Origin: Syntrophorhabdales bacterium
GTDB taxonomy: Bacteria; Desulfobacterota; Syntrophorhabdia; Syntrophorhabdales; WCHB1-27
Length of the DNA stretch: 64,000 bases
Direction of reading: 5' to 3'
Assembly: GCA_035315185.1 (NCBI GenBank)
Contig: DATFYE010000113.1
Location: 14,202-78,201 of the forward strand
The position numbers were made by a program, and so were the translations under genes. Under the pieces are notes generated by a model. The model worked only from the letters and a program-made list of their open reading frames with translations, ran no database searches and was not told the origin of the DNA. Positions 16,772 through 26,145 of this stretch are shown here, piece after piece; the first letter of the stretch is position 1; each line of letters begins with the position of its first letter.

Positions 16772-17266
16772 ATGCAAATCGCGGTAGTAATTCTCCTAAT
16801 AGTGATTGCAGCACTAATAGCGAAAAGAGAATTCGGATTAAGGGTTTTAGCAGCCAACCCTGATGAGTGGTTGGTCCTCGAGTGGTCCAAGCTCAGTGAT
16901 GCCAGCGAGACCGAATCTCGTTCGCGGGGAAACCAAACATCGTTGCATATAAGATTCATTCCTATTATCGGCTGGACGTACAAATATGGAAAGATAGACG
17001 TTATTATACCACCTGCGTATCGTCAGATCTATCTTCCACTTAAGGCAGAGAATTATAAAGCAGTTAGCTATTGGATCCGGGATGACGCAGTATTTGATAT
17101 TTCTGATTATTCGAGTCATGCTGGGGATTTGTGGGAGAACCTCTCAAATCAGGCGCTTATGGGAACTAAGATACAAATAGATGGTGGCGTGCCAAGATCG
17201 TTTCGTAAAAGGCTCTCGGAAATCCTTGCTATTGGGGATGAACGACAAGATAAGGAGCGAATCTAA
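16772..17266 (+). CDS. Hypothetical N-terminally anchored protein
   Basis: MQIAVVILLIVIAALIAK signal-anchor. No family recognised. Confidence 0.45.
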   Translation: MQIAVVILLIVIAALIAKREFGLRVLAANPDEWLVLEWSKLSDASETESRSRGNQTSLHIRFIPIIGWTYKYGKIDVIIPPAYRQIYLPLKAENYKAVSYWIRDDAVFDISDYSSHAGDLWENLSNQALMGTKIQIDGGVPRSFRKRLSEILAIGDERQDKERI

Positions 17267-17379
17267 AAAACGGCTCCCGCAAGCAACCTTGGAGGGGAAA
17301 TATCCATGCGCCACCGTAATGGTAACGAATGAATATTTCCCCAAGAGTTCTGTGTGTTCTTTGCTCACGTATTGCCAGT

Positions 17380-17925
17380 TCAATACGTTATTCTGGCCAC
17401 TGCAACCCTCTCGGTTTCCTGTAAACCAAACCCTCGTGTCAGTCGCCTCTTCTTCAGGAGGGTGAGTACCTTCTCCAGCACCTCTCTTCTTTCCACCGGC
17501 ACAGACAGGTAGGGAATGATGTGACACCCCTTCAGACATTCCCTGTTTCCCATGGTCCCATCCTTCACCCTCTTTCGAAGGTACTGCCGTGCCTCCTTAT
17601 AGTAGCTGAAGAGCTGGCTGGATATGGCAAATGCATAGAGCCTGACCAGCCCCGGGTAGTGATAATAGATCCTCGATCCTCTCAACAAGTCCAGAACCTC
17701 TCTTCTGCTCTTTTTCTTGACATTGTGTTTCGTCTCCCACTCCACTCCGGCATATTTCTCGGCAGGGCTCTTCACTTCGATAATGGCAATCTCTTTTCTC
17801 TCCACGTGCCAGGCGAGTATATCGGCAAAACTTCCCGAGAGGATCTCTGTCTCGTAACCCTGAGCAGCAAAGTGCTCTGCCGTGTAGAAATCATACACCT
17901 CCTTCTGATAACTGTAATGACCCAT
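17380..17925 (-). CDS. PD-(D/E)xK nuclease-fold protein (YraN/resolvase-like core)
   Basis: The ATG at 17925 follows a GAGG RBS. GSFADILAWHVERKEIAIIEVKSP fits D...E-V-K. Confidence 0.5.
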   Translation of the reverse strand: MGHYSYQKEVYDFYTAEHFAAQGYETEILSGSFADILAWHVERKEIAIIEVKSPAEKYAGVEWETKHNVKKKSRREVLDLLRGSRIYYHYPGLVRLYAFAISSQLFSYYKEARQYLRKRVKDGTMGNRECLKGCHIIPYLSVPVERREVLEKVLTLLKKRRLTRGFGLQETERVAVARITY

Positions 17926-18074
17926 AGTCGACCTCAACTACAGCCATGGAATTCTGAGCAGGAAGATGATGAGACGCTTGATTACAGGATTCTGTCCAGC
18001 CTTGACTATTCTCAAAAAAGTACTTATTTTCGTTGCTAGATGGTTTTAATCTCGGGAACACAGGGAGGTGTGGT

Positions 18075-18404
18075 ATGAAAACGATTGCTATGTTAGGTAT
18101 CGCGATTAGTCTGGTATGTGTAGCTCTCATCTCAGGCGCATGGTCGGCCGGTTTGCCGGACTTTTCTCAACAGCTCAAGTCTTTGCAACCAAATACTGAT
18201 TACAAGATCACTGACATTGCCGGCAAAAAGATGACGGTCTCCGATCCGACAGGAGCGAAGAGTACCTTTGAAGGCGTTGACACAAAAGGTCTGAACGTAG
18301 GTGATACATTGAAGGGGTCGGCGCTCCAGGAAAAATTAGGGCAAGCTCCTTCCCTCAACAAGGGCGCTCTCCCGGAGTCAATTCCTAAACCGAGTTGGAA
18401 ATAA
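18075..18404 (+). CDS. Small secreted protein
   Basis: The internal ATG follows a GGGAGG RBS. Signal peptide MKTIAMLGIAISLVCVALISGAWSAG. Confidence 0.55.
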   Translation: MKTIAMLGIAISLVCVALISGAWSAGLPDFSQQLKSLQPNTDYKITDIAGKKMTVSDPTGAKSTFEGVDTKGLNVGDTLKGSALQEKLGQAPSLNKGALPESIPKPSWK

Positions 18405-18412
18405 AGCAAGGA

Positions 18413-18472
18413 CCCTGCCGGTACATTGATGCTGGAGCATACAGATACGTGACACCGGCAGGGTCTTATTTT
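18413..18472 (+). terminator. Probable rho-independent terminator
   Basis: CCCTGCCGGT...ACCGGCAGGG stem (10 bp, long loop) followed by TCTTATTTT. Confidence 0.5.
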
Positions 18473-18595
18473 CGGGGACTCTCCTTTACGTGCTACCTTG
18501 TGTCCACCAGCAGCAAAAGCAATTTTCGGGCCATGTTGTCTGATTAAAAACGTAAGAAAGAAATTCTCCGCCCTTTTTTTTCATGAACAATCTTC

Positions 18596-18623
18596 TTGAC
18601 TCGCTCCGTCGCCCTGCTACAAT
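18596..18623 (+). promoter_or_regulatory. Sigma70-like promoter of paralog module copy 2
   Basis: TTGACT-16 nt-TACAAT. The surrounding sequence (CTGCTACAATTG.TG..TAGGCAGGTTA) is conserved with 1311-1355. Confidence 0.55.
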
Positions 18624-18789
18624 TGATGTGTAGGCAGGTTACAACACACGAGTTATACCAAGTTGCATTCAAAAATAGAGCAAGGCGACCAGGAGGATGG
18701 CGACGGAGGCGTACTACCAGTACGTCGGAGTCGTGCCGACGCAGGCAACGAAGCTATATGAATGAAGGCAACTTGGTATTAGGATTTCC

Positions 18790-19011
18790 ATGAGCCACTC
18801 AGACGAGAAACCAACTGGACGGTTGAGAATCGCAGATGTTGCATCCTTGCTGGGTGTCACCGTGGATAGCCTACCCGGTGATAAACGGCAGGTCGGTGCC
18901 CTTGTGGAGCTCACTGAGGAGCTCATGGAGCGGAATGGAGAAGAATGGATCAGGCAGCACAGCGGCGTGATCCTGGATCAATGGGAGACAATGCTGACCT
19001 TAGGCATATAA
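18790..19011 (+). CDS. 73-aa conserved hypothetical protein, paralog of 1380..1601
   Basis: MSHSDEKPTGRLRIADVASLLGVTVDSLPGDKRQ...ILDQWETMLTLGI. Confidence 0.6.
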   Translation: MSHSDEKPTGRLRIADVASLLGVTVDSLPGDKRQVGALVELTEELMERNGEEWIRQHSGVILDQWETMLTLGI

Positions 19012-19075
19012 GCTCTATTGGCCTCTGATTTGCAAGTGTCACTATCTGCGTTCCACATAATGCGAGGAGGCTGTC

Positions 19076-19510
19076 ATGGAGAGGAACTCATCGGCAAGAC
19101 GTATGACCGGTACTGAAGAGTTATTGAGGGTTATGAGCAACGTGGAAAACGACACGGAGACCGTGAAATCGCACAAAGCACCGCGCAAAGTACATTGGCA
19201 ACAAGTCCTTATGGCGTGCTTTTGTATTCTTACCATCTCTGCCGCAGCCAAAGGTTTTATCTACTTCGACACTGAAATCAGTACAGTACGATCCGCCGTC
19301 GAGTCAACCGTCAAAGATATCAATACTGTTAAGGCGCAGGTGAGTGCAAGCGACGCAAGAGAGCAACTTGCTGCGGTTACTGCCGAGGTAGAGGATCTCA
19401 AGATAACCAATGCTCAGCTTAGGGCGGAAATGCGCCAGATCAAGGAAGCGCTTGAAACGCTCAAGGCAAGAAAGAATACTGTTGTTTCCGCGCAACGTAA
19501 ACGCAGGTGA
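19076..19510 (+). CDS. Membrane-anchored coiled-coil protein, paralog of 4473..5000
   Basis: MTGTEELL..., TM VLMACFCILTISAAA, AVTAEVEDLKITNAQLRAE...LETLKARKN. Confidence 0.6.
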   Translation: MERNSSARRMTGTEELLRVMSNVENDTETVKSHKAPRKVHWQQVLMACFCILTISAAAKGFIYFDTEISTVRSAVESTVKDINTVKAQVSASDAREQLAAVTAEVEDLKITNAQLRAEMRQIKEALETLKARKNTVVSAQRKRR

Positions 19511-19553
19511 CAGGCAGCGTCAAAAATAACAACGCATCCCGCCATGCCGGATC

Positions 19554-20264
19554 TTAAAAGCCCTTCCGTTTGAGCCTGGCATAGAATGTGTCGGAGGTAT
19601 AAATAGCGGCCAAAGGATTGTGCCCCAGCAGCCTGTCCTTAACCGCAAGGACCGTCGTGGGTGCGTGCGCATATTTGAAAAACAGAGCGTCGTGCCCTAC
19701 GCAGAGCCCGAGCATCACGTTAAGATCCGTCGCGGCTTCGTTGACAAGCATGGCCTGATAGATGGGGTTGCACATTGGCTCGTATTCTCCGATCCGTATC
19801 TTCTGGTGCTCTTTCACGTCGATCTCTTCCTTTGGTACTGAGCCGGCCTTACAGACCACGGACACAACTTCAAATCCCTGCGCCTCAAATATCTGCGCCA
19901 CGACTGCCGCCTCCCTGCTCAGGCCTATACACGAAATAACCCCGAGCCGGGTATACTTCATTTTGGAGGCGAACTCACAAATCTCCTGAATCCTCGGTTT
20001 GCTGGGATGCATCATGAAAGGTTTCTTCTCCCTGTTCAGGTAGCATTCACCTTCTTGAATAGATGCCTGCCTTGCGAACTCTGCGATGCCTTTCTTATGA
20101 TACTCTTTTCGAGCCTTCTCCTGAAGTTTCCTGTTGCTTACGGTTGGACATCCCTTTGAACTCTTCCCTTCGGGAGAAAGGCAGACTCGCTCTCTCACCG
20201 GCAACGAGCACTCCGCGCACTGCGGCACCCGGTTCTTTGACATGCGTTCACCTCCGCGTTTCAT
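19554..20264 (-). CDS. DUF1847-like metal-binding protein
   Basis: Cys-rich N-terminus (CAECSL..RVC....GCP) and LGLCVGHDALFFKY, as recalled for DUF1847. The start may be M8 at 20243. Confidence 0.55.
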   Translation of the reverse strand: MKRGGERMSKNRVPQCAECSLPVRERVCLSPEGKSSKGCPTVSNRKLQEKARKEYHKKGIAEFARQASIQEGECYLNREKKPFMMHPSKPRIQEICEFASKMKYTRLGVISCIGLSREAAVVAQIFEAQGFEVVSVVCKAGSVPKEEIDVKEHQKIRIGEYEPMCNPIYQAMLVNEAATDLNVMLGLCVGHDALFFKYAHAPTTVLAVKDRLLGHNPLAAIYTSDTFYARLKRKGF

Positions 20265-20285
20265 CGGTAACCTCCCGGCCTGCTC

Positions 20286-20690
20286 CTAGTCCAGCACCGC
20301 TGTGAAATCTATCTCGATCAGCCAATCAGGCCTGAGCAGGCTGTGCACCACAACGCCGGTAGCTGCGGAATAGTTGCCCTTGAAGTATTCGCGCCGTATA
20401 TCGGCTGTCTTCACGTAGTCGGCCACGGCCTGAGGCGTTATATAGTCGGTGGTCTTGACCACGTCGTCAAAGCTACCACCTGCTTTCTCCAGGATCCCTT
20501 TCACGGTCTCATAGATGTAGCGCACCTGTCCCACCAAGTCTCCTTTGTAGAGCGTCCTGTGGTTCTCGTCTGTGGCTACGGTACCTGAGATGAAGAGGAT
20601 ATTGCCTTTCTTAACTGCATCACTCCAGGTAAAGTTCTTCCTTTTATACATCTCGTCAAACACATTGTAATTCTCTCTGACCATGAGCAA
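20286..20690 (-). CDS. RidA/YjgF/endoribonuclease L-PSP family protein
   Basis: LFISGTVATDE...GDLVGQVRYIYETVKGILEKAGGSFDDVVKTTDYIT...IEIDFTAV. Confidence 0.75.
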   Translation of the reverse strand: MLMVRENYNVFDEMYKRKNFTWSDAVKKGNILFISGTVATDENHRTLYKGDLVGQVRYIYETVKGILEKAGGSFDDVVKTTDYITPQAVADYVKTADIRREYFKGNYSAATGVVVHSLLRPDWLIEIDFTAVLD

Positions 20691-20723
20691 CCCTCCTTTT
20701 AGGAATAGGAAAAAAATGTATCT

Positions 20724-23306
20724 CTACCTGTTCTTATTCGGGAAGAGGCCGCACTGCAGGCAGCGGTCTGCCTCAAAGAGCGCCTCCAGCTCTGCGAAGC
20801 CCAGCTCGACCTCGCTAAAACCTTTTGTCCGCTTCTTTGCTGAAAGAGAGGGCATGGTCTCCCGTTCGCGCTTCTTGAAACGTGCCACGTCAATCTCTTC
20901 AATGCCGATGATACGGGGCTCAACAACCTCCTCAGCCATATCCTGCCCGCGCAGGAAGCGGTCAATGGCAAATGCGGCCCTTGTCCCGGCAGCGATTGCC
21001 TCGATCACCGTGGCCGGCCCGGTCACCGCGTCCCCACCCGCGAAAATCCCTTTCACATTCGTAGCCATGGTCCGCGGATCGGCCGTGATAGTACCCTCCC
21101 CCACTCCCACCCCGGATGTGCCCAGAAAGGCGAGGTCGGGCAGCTCACCAATAGCCGCGATCACCATGTCGGCAGCGACTACAAACTCCGAGCCCGCAAC
21201 CGGCACAGGCCTGCGCCGGCCGCTGGCTTCAGGTTCGCCAAGTTCCGTCTTTACGCACTCCAGACCCGTCACCCGACCATCCTTACCGACCACGCCCGAG
21301 GGCGCGGTCAGATACTGAATCTTGATCCCTTCCTGCTGAGCAGTTTCTACCTCTTCCGGATACGCGGGCATCTCATCCGTGGAGCGGCGGTAGACAATCG
21401 ATACTTCCCTGGCACCCAGCCGCAGAGCGGTCCGCGCAGCATCCACAGCCACGTTGCCGCCGCCGATCACGACGACCCTTTCCTTCATGGTGAGTTCTTT
21501 ACAGGTACTGGCCTCTTTCAGAAGAGCTGTGCCGTAATAGACCCCCTCCAGGTCTTCGCCCGGTACACCGAGGTTCATGCTCTTGTGCGCGCCGACCGCA
21601 ATAAAGATCGCGTTGAATCCCTGGCTCAAGAAGCTCTCCAGCGTGAGGCCATCTTTCCCAACCGGACTGTTCAGGCGGATCTCTACGCCGCTCCGCTGAA
21701 TATGCTCGATCTCGTTGCGAACCACGTCTCTCGGCAGCCGGTACTCCGGTATGGCGCCGGTCAGCATGCCTCCAGCCACGGAAGCAGCCTCGAATACGGT
21801 TACCGCGTAGCCACGTTGAGCCAGGTTGTACGCTGCAGTAAGGCCTGCAGGCCCCGCACCGATAACGGCAACCCGCTCTTCACGAGACCGTGCAAAGGGG
21901 GTGATCTTCCTTCGTCCGTGACGCGCGTGCACCGCATCAGCGATGAATCGCTTGAGACCATTGATCGCGATAGACTCGTCCACTTCTTTACGGTTGCACT
22001 TCGTCTCGCAGGGATGCGGGCAGACGCGGCCTATGGTCGCGGGAAACGGTATCTTCTCTTCGATAACTTCCAGGGCTTTTTCGAAGTGGCCGTGGGCAGC
22101 GAGATCGATGTAGCTCCGGATGTCCAGTCCTGCGGGGCAGGCTCCTTTGCACGGCGGAACCAGGTGCCATGGAAAAGGTGGATGGAGCGCCTCTTTCGGC
22201 CATTCGATGCAGGTCACGGTTTCGTACCGCTCGTCAGACTCACTGCAGAAACCGCAGGCTGCGCACTTGACGATGGTGTCGGGTTTGCCTGCTTTCGCTT
22301 TTGCAGGCCAGTCAGGGTCTGCAAAGAGTGTCCTCGCCATGCCCACAACATCAGCCCTGCCCCGGGACACGATCTCTTCAGCCAGATCAGGCATGCGGAT
22401 CTTGCCTGCGGCAATCACAGCGGTCGCGTAGCCCGCCTCTCTCACCGCCCGGCGGATACCTTCAGCCAGATAGACCTGAACGCCGTCCGGGTTCCACCAG
22501 CGCGGGCTCATGCGGTACCCCGAATACCCGGTGCCTGCAAACGGCGGAAAATTGGGAGGAGGCGGCTCCGCGTCTTCAAATCGCTCGCCGGCAGAGACAC
22601 TGATATAGTCGATACCGAGCGTTGCCAATCGCCTCGCCACCCGCGCGCTCTGGAGCAAGGTATTTCCTTCTTTGGTGAACTCCTCTCCCAGGATTCGCGC
22701 GCCGATGAGGTAGTCATCGCCCACCAGTCTGCGTGTTGACAGCACCACTTCTGCCGGAAGTTTCACTCGCCCTTCAAAATCACCGCCATACGCATCGGCT
22801 CTCTTGTTCACTAGCGACAGGAAGGATGCGAGCGTTGTGAAGTGAGCCATGTGCAGCTCCACGAAGTCAAAGCCGGCTGTGCGGGCGCGCGCTGCGCCTT
22901 CGGCAAACTGGCCGGGGATCACGGATATCTCCTCTACTTTCAGGTCTTCGACCTTCTGTCGCCAGCCGCTCCGGGCCACTTTCAGAAAATGGATGAGCTG
23001 TAAGCCTATCTTCAGGTCGGGGTTGACCTTGCGAATTGCCTTAACCAGCTCTTTCAGCTCATCGATGAATTGATCATCGCTGACCCGGAGGTTAAAGGAG
23101 CTGCGCGAGGGCAGGACCACGGCTGCCTCCACGACCATGGAGCCCACGCCGCCTCGGGCGATCCGCGTGTACCGATCAGTGAGATTCTGCGTCACATGGC
23201 CGTCTTCGGCAGCCAGCCGCGTGACCGCCGCGGTCAGCATGATGCGGTTGGGAAACGTGCAGCTCTTGATGGTCAGGGGGGAAAATAGTGTGGGATATTT
23301 CATCAT
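20724..23306 (-). CDS. Fused OYE-type FMN oxidoreductase (2,4-dienoyl-CoA-reductase-like) and GltD-like Fe-S/FAD-NAD(P)H oxidoreductase
   Basis: N-terminal TIM-barrel OYE signatures (FPNRIMLTAAVT, FDFVELHMAH). A central Cys cluster (CPHPCETKCNR). Two Rossmann GxGxxG motifs (VAVIGAGPAGL, VVVIGGGNVAVD). Confidence 0.8.
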   Translation of the reverse strand: MMKYPTLFSPLTIKSCTFPNRIMLTAAVTRLAAEDGHVTQNLTDRYTRIARGGVGSMVVEAAVVLPSRSSFNLRVSDDQFIDELKELVKAIRKVNPDLKIGLQLIHFLKVARSGWRQKVEDLKVEEISVIPGQFAEGAARARTAGFDFVELHMAHFTTLASFLSLVNKRADAYGGDFEGRVKLPAEVVLSTRRLVGDDYLIGARILGEEFTKEGNTLLQSARVARRLATLGIDYISVSAGERFEDAEPPPPNFPPFAGTGYSGYRMSPRWWNPDGVQVYLAEGIRRAVREAGYATAVIAAGKIRMPDLAEEIVSRGRADVVGMARTLFADPDWPAKAKAGKPDTIVKCAACGFCSESDERYETVTCIEWPKEALHPPFPWHLVPPCKGACPAGLDIRSYIDLAAHGHFEKALEVIEEKIPFPATIGRVCPHPCETKCNRKEVDESIAINGLKRFIADAVHARHGRRKITPFARSREERVAVIGAGPAGLTAAYNLAQRGYAVTVFEAASVAGGMLTGAIPEYRLPRDVVRNEIEHIQRSGVEIRLNSPVGKDGLTLESFLSQGFNAIFIAVGAHKSMNLGVPGEDLEGVYYGTALLKEASTCKELTMKERVVVIGGGNVAVDAARTALRLGAREVSIVYRRSTDEMPAYPEEVETAQQEGIKIQYLTAPSGVVGKDGRVTGLECVKTELGEPEASGRRRPVPVAGSEFVVAADMVIAAIGELPDLAFLGTSGVGVGEGTITADPRTMATNVKGIFAGGDAVTGPATVIEAIAAGTRAAFAIDRFLRGQDMAEEVVEPRIIGIEEIDVARFKKRERETMPSLSAKKRTKGFSEVELGFAELEALFEADRCLQCGLFPNKNR

Positions 23307-23320
23307 ACAACCTCCGGCGC

Positions 23321-25654
23321 TTACTTCTTTTTCCTGGTCTCCCTTGATTTCTTATCCTTGAGCAACTTAAGGACCTGTTCCGGTTTGATCGGCACGTCGT
23401 AGACACGCACGCCCACTGCATCATAGATGGCATTGGAGATGGCGCCGTGTAACCCGCAGCCGAAGCCAAGTGAACCTTCCTTGGCCCCGTATGGTCCCGC
23501 CGGATCAGGTATACCAAGGAAGTATGTTTCAATGTGCGGCGTCTCGTTTGCCGTCGGCACCTTGTACGTGCGGAAGTCGCTCGTCAGTTTTCGCCCTGTC
23601 TTTGCATCCCATACGTTCGTCTCATAGAGACCCTGGCCCAGCATGAAGCTCAGTTGCCCGTGCATGTTGCCGATGACGAGCATCGGATTGAGCACCGTAC
23701 CACAGTCGTTGACCGCCCAGATGTCGGTCACCTTTACCTCGCCCGTATCCGTGTCTACCTCTACCTCCACGGCTGTCGTGCCAAAGGAGTAGGCCGTCAC
23801 CTTCATGCCGTACGTTTTCTCGTTGTACGGCTCTTTCACGTCGACGCTGAAATCCGAGTAATCTATCCTGGCCCTGTAGTCGCCGAATCCGTGGATCGGT
23901 TTTCCTCTCTTGAAGGCTGTCCTGCAGACCTCACCCAACGAAACGCCGTGGCCTTTGCCCAGCCTGAGTTTGACCCAATACTTGCCGTCATCCCTCAGCT
24001 CTACTTCATCCCACGCCACATCAAGCAGGTCACCGGCAATCTCGAGAATACGCCGGTTGGCGTCCTCTGCAGCCCGCTTGACCGCGTTCGCCGAAATAAC
24101 CGTTGCCGACATGGAATAGTCTCCGGGATCCTGGTAGCAGAGTTCGGTGTCGCCGTAACAGACCTTGATCATCGACGCGGGGATGCCCGTCACTTCCGAT
24201 ATGATTTGCGTGTGCATAGTCCGATTGCCCTGACCCAAATCGCAGTTGCCCGTGAAGACCGTGCAGCTCCCGTCGTCGTTGAACTTTATAACCGCAGTGG
24301 AGCCGGCTCTGAACCCCATGTAAAACATGGACTGCATGTTGCCCGAGCCGATCCCGATGCCCCGCTTCGGCGGCAGCTTGCCTTTCTTCTTTTTCCAGTT
24401 GGCTTTCTCCGCCGCCATCACGATGCTCTCGCTCAAACCCGTGCTCGTGACCGTTGCCTTGGAGGGTACCACCTCGTTCGGCAGGATAGCGTTCTTCAAG
24501 CGGATCTGGATGGGATCGATCCCCAGTTTCTCAGCCACTTCGTCAAAACAGACATCCATGGACATAGGCCCCACGTGGGCGCGTGTGCGCATCATGGAGC
24601 TGATGGTCTTATTCGTGTAAATCAGGGACGCATCATACCGGTAGCTCGGGGAACGCCAGAGCACCTCGTCGATGAGGAGCGGTACCCAGAGCTCGACAAT
24701 GGCGCTCGATGCGTACGCACCGCACTCGAGCATCATCTTGATCTCCCTGCCCAGGATCGTGCCGTCCTTCTTGAAGCCGACGCGCACCGTCCATACCTTT
24801 GCCGCCTTATCCCGCATGCAATCTTCTACTTCTTCACGGGACATCTTTATCTGGACCGGCTTGACTGCTTTCCTGGAGAGCAGTCCTGCAACGAAAGCAC
24901 CCGGAGGCGTGTCAGACCTGCCGCCGTGAGCACCCCCCATATCTACCGAGTGGAGCCTGATATCGGAGAGCTCAACCTTCAGCGTGTTACGAAGCCCCTG
25001 GCGCACCTGGAACGGGCACTGCGTCTGCATCCAGAAATTAAACTTGCCCGACGGCTCAAAGCTGCAGAGCGCCGTGAAAGGCTCCGGCAGCGCATGGCTA
25101 GCCACCTCACACGTAAAGGTCTTCTCCCATACGAAATCGCTCTTCCGTAGCGCTGCTTCCACATCGCCCTCATCGACGAGATAGTGAGCAGCCATATTAT
25201 GGGCACGGGTTTCGTGAACGAGCGGCGCGCCTTCCTTCATCGCATCCTGCCATGTAAGCACAAAGGGCAGAGGCTCATACTCAACTCTTATTGCTTCAAT
25301 CGCCTCTTCCGCTAAGTCTTCGTCGATGGCTGCAACTGCTGCGACTTCCTCGCCCATGTAGCGCACCTTGTCATACGGCAGCAGTATGTGATCCCTGGTG
25401 TGAGGAATGATGCCGAAGACACCGCCTCGAGGGGTGTCCTTCTGGCCCGTCACCACGGCCTTCACGCCCCTGATGTTCTCCGCCTTGCTTGTGTCGATGT
25501 TGAGGATCTTCGCATGGGCATGGGGGCTCCTGAGGGCCTTGCCGTAGAGCATGCCGGGCAACACAATATCAGTCGTATATTTTGCCAGTCCCAGCGCCTT
25601 GTCCACGGAGCCGATCCTGGGAGTACTTTTTCCTATCAGTGTCTCTCTGCTCAC
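23321..25654 (-). CDS. Xanthine dehydrogenase/aldehyde oxidoreductase family molybdopterin-binding large subunit
   Basis: 777 aa with a typical CoxL/XdhB/HcrA-like N-terminus (GKSTPRIGSVDKALGLAKYTTDI..PGMLYGKALRSPHAHAKI) and a GGAHGGR segment. Confidence 0.85.
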   Translation of the reverse strand: MSRETLIGKSTPRIGSVDKALGLAKYTTDIVLPGMLYGKALRSPHAHAKILNIDTSKAENIRGVKAVVTGQKDTPRGGVFGIIPHTRDHILLPYDKVRYMGEEVAAVAAIDEDLAEEAIEAIRVEYEPLPFVLTWQDAMKEGAPLVHETRAHNMAAHYLVDEGDVEAALRKSDFVWEKTFTCEVASHALPEPFTALCSFEPSGKFNFWMQTQCPFQVRQGLRNTLKVELSDIRLHSVDMGGAHGGRSDTPPGAFVAGLLSRKAVKPVQIKMSREEVEDCMRDKAAKVWTVRVGFKKDGTILGREIKMMLECGAYASSAIVELWVPLLIDEVLWRSPSYRYDASLIYTNKTISSMMRTRAHVGPMSMDVCFDEVAEKLGIDPIQIRLKNAILPNEVVPSKATVTSTGLSESIVMAAEKANWKKKKGKLPPKRGIGIGSGNMQSMFYMGFRAGSTAVIKFNDDGSCTVFTGNCDLGQGNRTMHTQIISEVTGIPASMIKVCYGDTELCYQDPGDYSMSATVISANAVKRAAEDANRRILEIAGDLLDVAWDEVELRDDGKYWVKLRLGKGHGVSLGEVCRTAFKRGKPIHGFGDYRARIDYSDFSVDVKEPYNEKTYGMKVTAYSFGTTAVEVEVDTDTGEVKVTDIWAVNDCGTVLNPMLVIGNMHGQLSFMLGQGLYETNVWDAKTGRKLTSDFRTYKVPTANETPHIETYFLGIPDPAGPYGAKEGSLGFGCGLHGAISNAIYDAVGVRVYDVPIKPEQVLKLLKDKKSRETRKKK

Positions 25655-26142
25655 TTTGCACCTCCCGTCGCCTTTGCCGCGGCCTGGATCGACTCAACGA
25701 TCTGGACATACCCTGTGCAGCGGCAGATGTGGTTCGCAATCCCTTCCTTGATCTGCTCTTCCGTAGGTCGAGGATTCTTATCGAGCAGCGCTTTGGCAGA
25801 CATGATGAACCCGGGGGTGCAGTACCCGCACTGAATGGCACCTTTGTCCACAAACGCCTGCTGGATTGGATGAAGCTTGAACCCGTCGGCCAGTCCTTCG
25901 ATCGTCACGATATCCTTTCCCTGTGCTTCGATAGCCAAAGTCAGACACGAGAGAATCGGCTTGCCGTCCATGATGACGGTGCAGCCGCCGCAATCTCCCT
26001 TGTTGCACATCTCCTTTGTACCGGTGAGTCCGAGCGTCTCCCGCAAGACCTCGAGCAGGGTCCTCCGGGTGTCCACTTGGACGCTGTACTGATCGCCATT
26101 CACCATAAACGTCATATCCTGCTTCATAGCAGCAACCTCCAT
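25651..26142 (-). CDS. (2Fe-2S)-binding small subunit of the molybdoenzyme
   Basis: CNKGDCGGCTV, QCGYCTPG and NHICRCTGY motifs. The start overlaps the stop of the upstream gene. Confidence 0.9.
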   Translation of the reverse strand: MEVAAMKQDMTFMVNGDQYSVQVDTRRTLLEVLRETLGLTGTKEMCNKGDCGGCTVIMDGKPILSCLTLAIEAQGKDIVTIEGLADGFKLHPIQQAFVDKGAIQCGYCTPGFIMSAKALLDKNPRPTEEQIKEGIANHICRCTGYVQIVESIQAAAKATGGAK

Positions 26143-26145
26143 TCT

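Noticed and set aside
23534-25150. 538-aa plus-strand ORF, plus many similar long ORFs at 21585-22739, 25582-27114, 30993-31703, 41198-41890, 44619-45818, 58215-58931 and 34420-35160
   Set aside because: All lie antisense to strongly supported genes in GC-rich DNA. They have Arg/His/Pro/Leu-rich low-complexity translations with no motifs. They are shadow ORFs.
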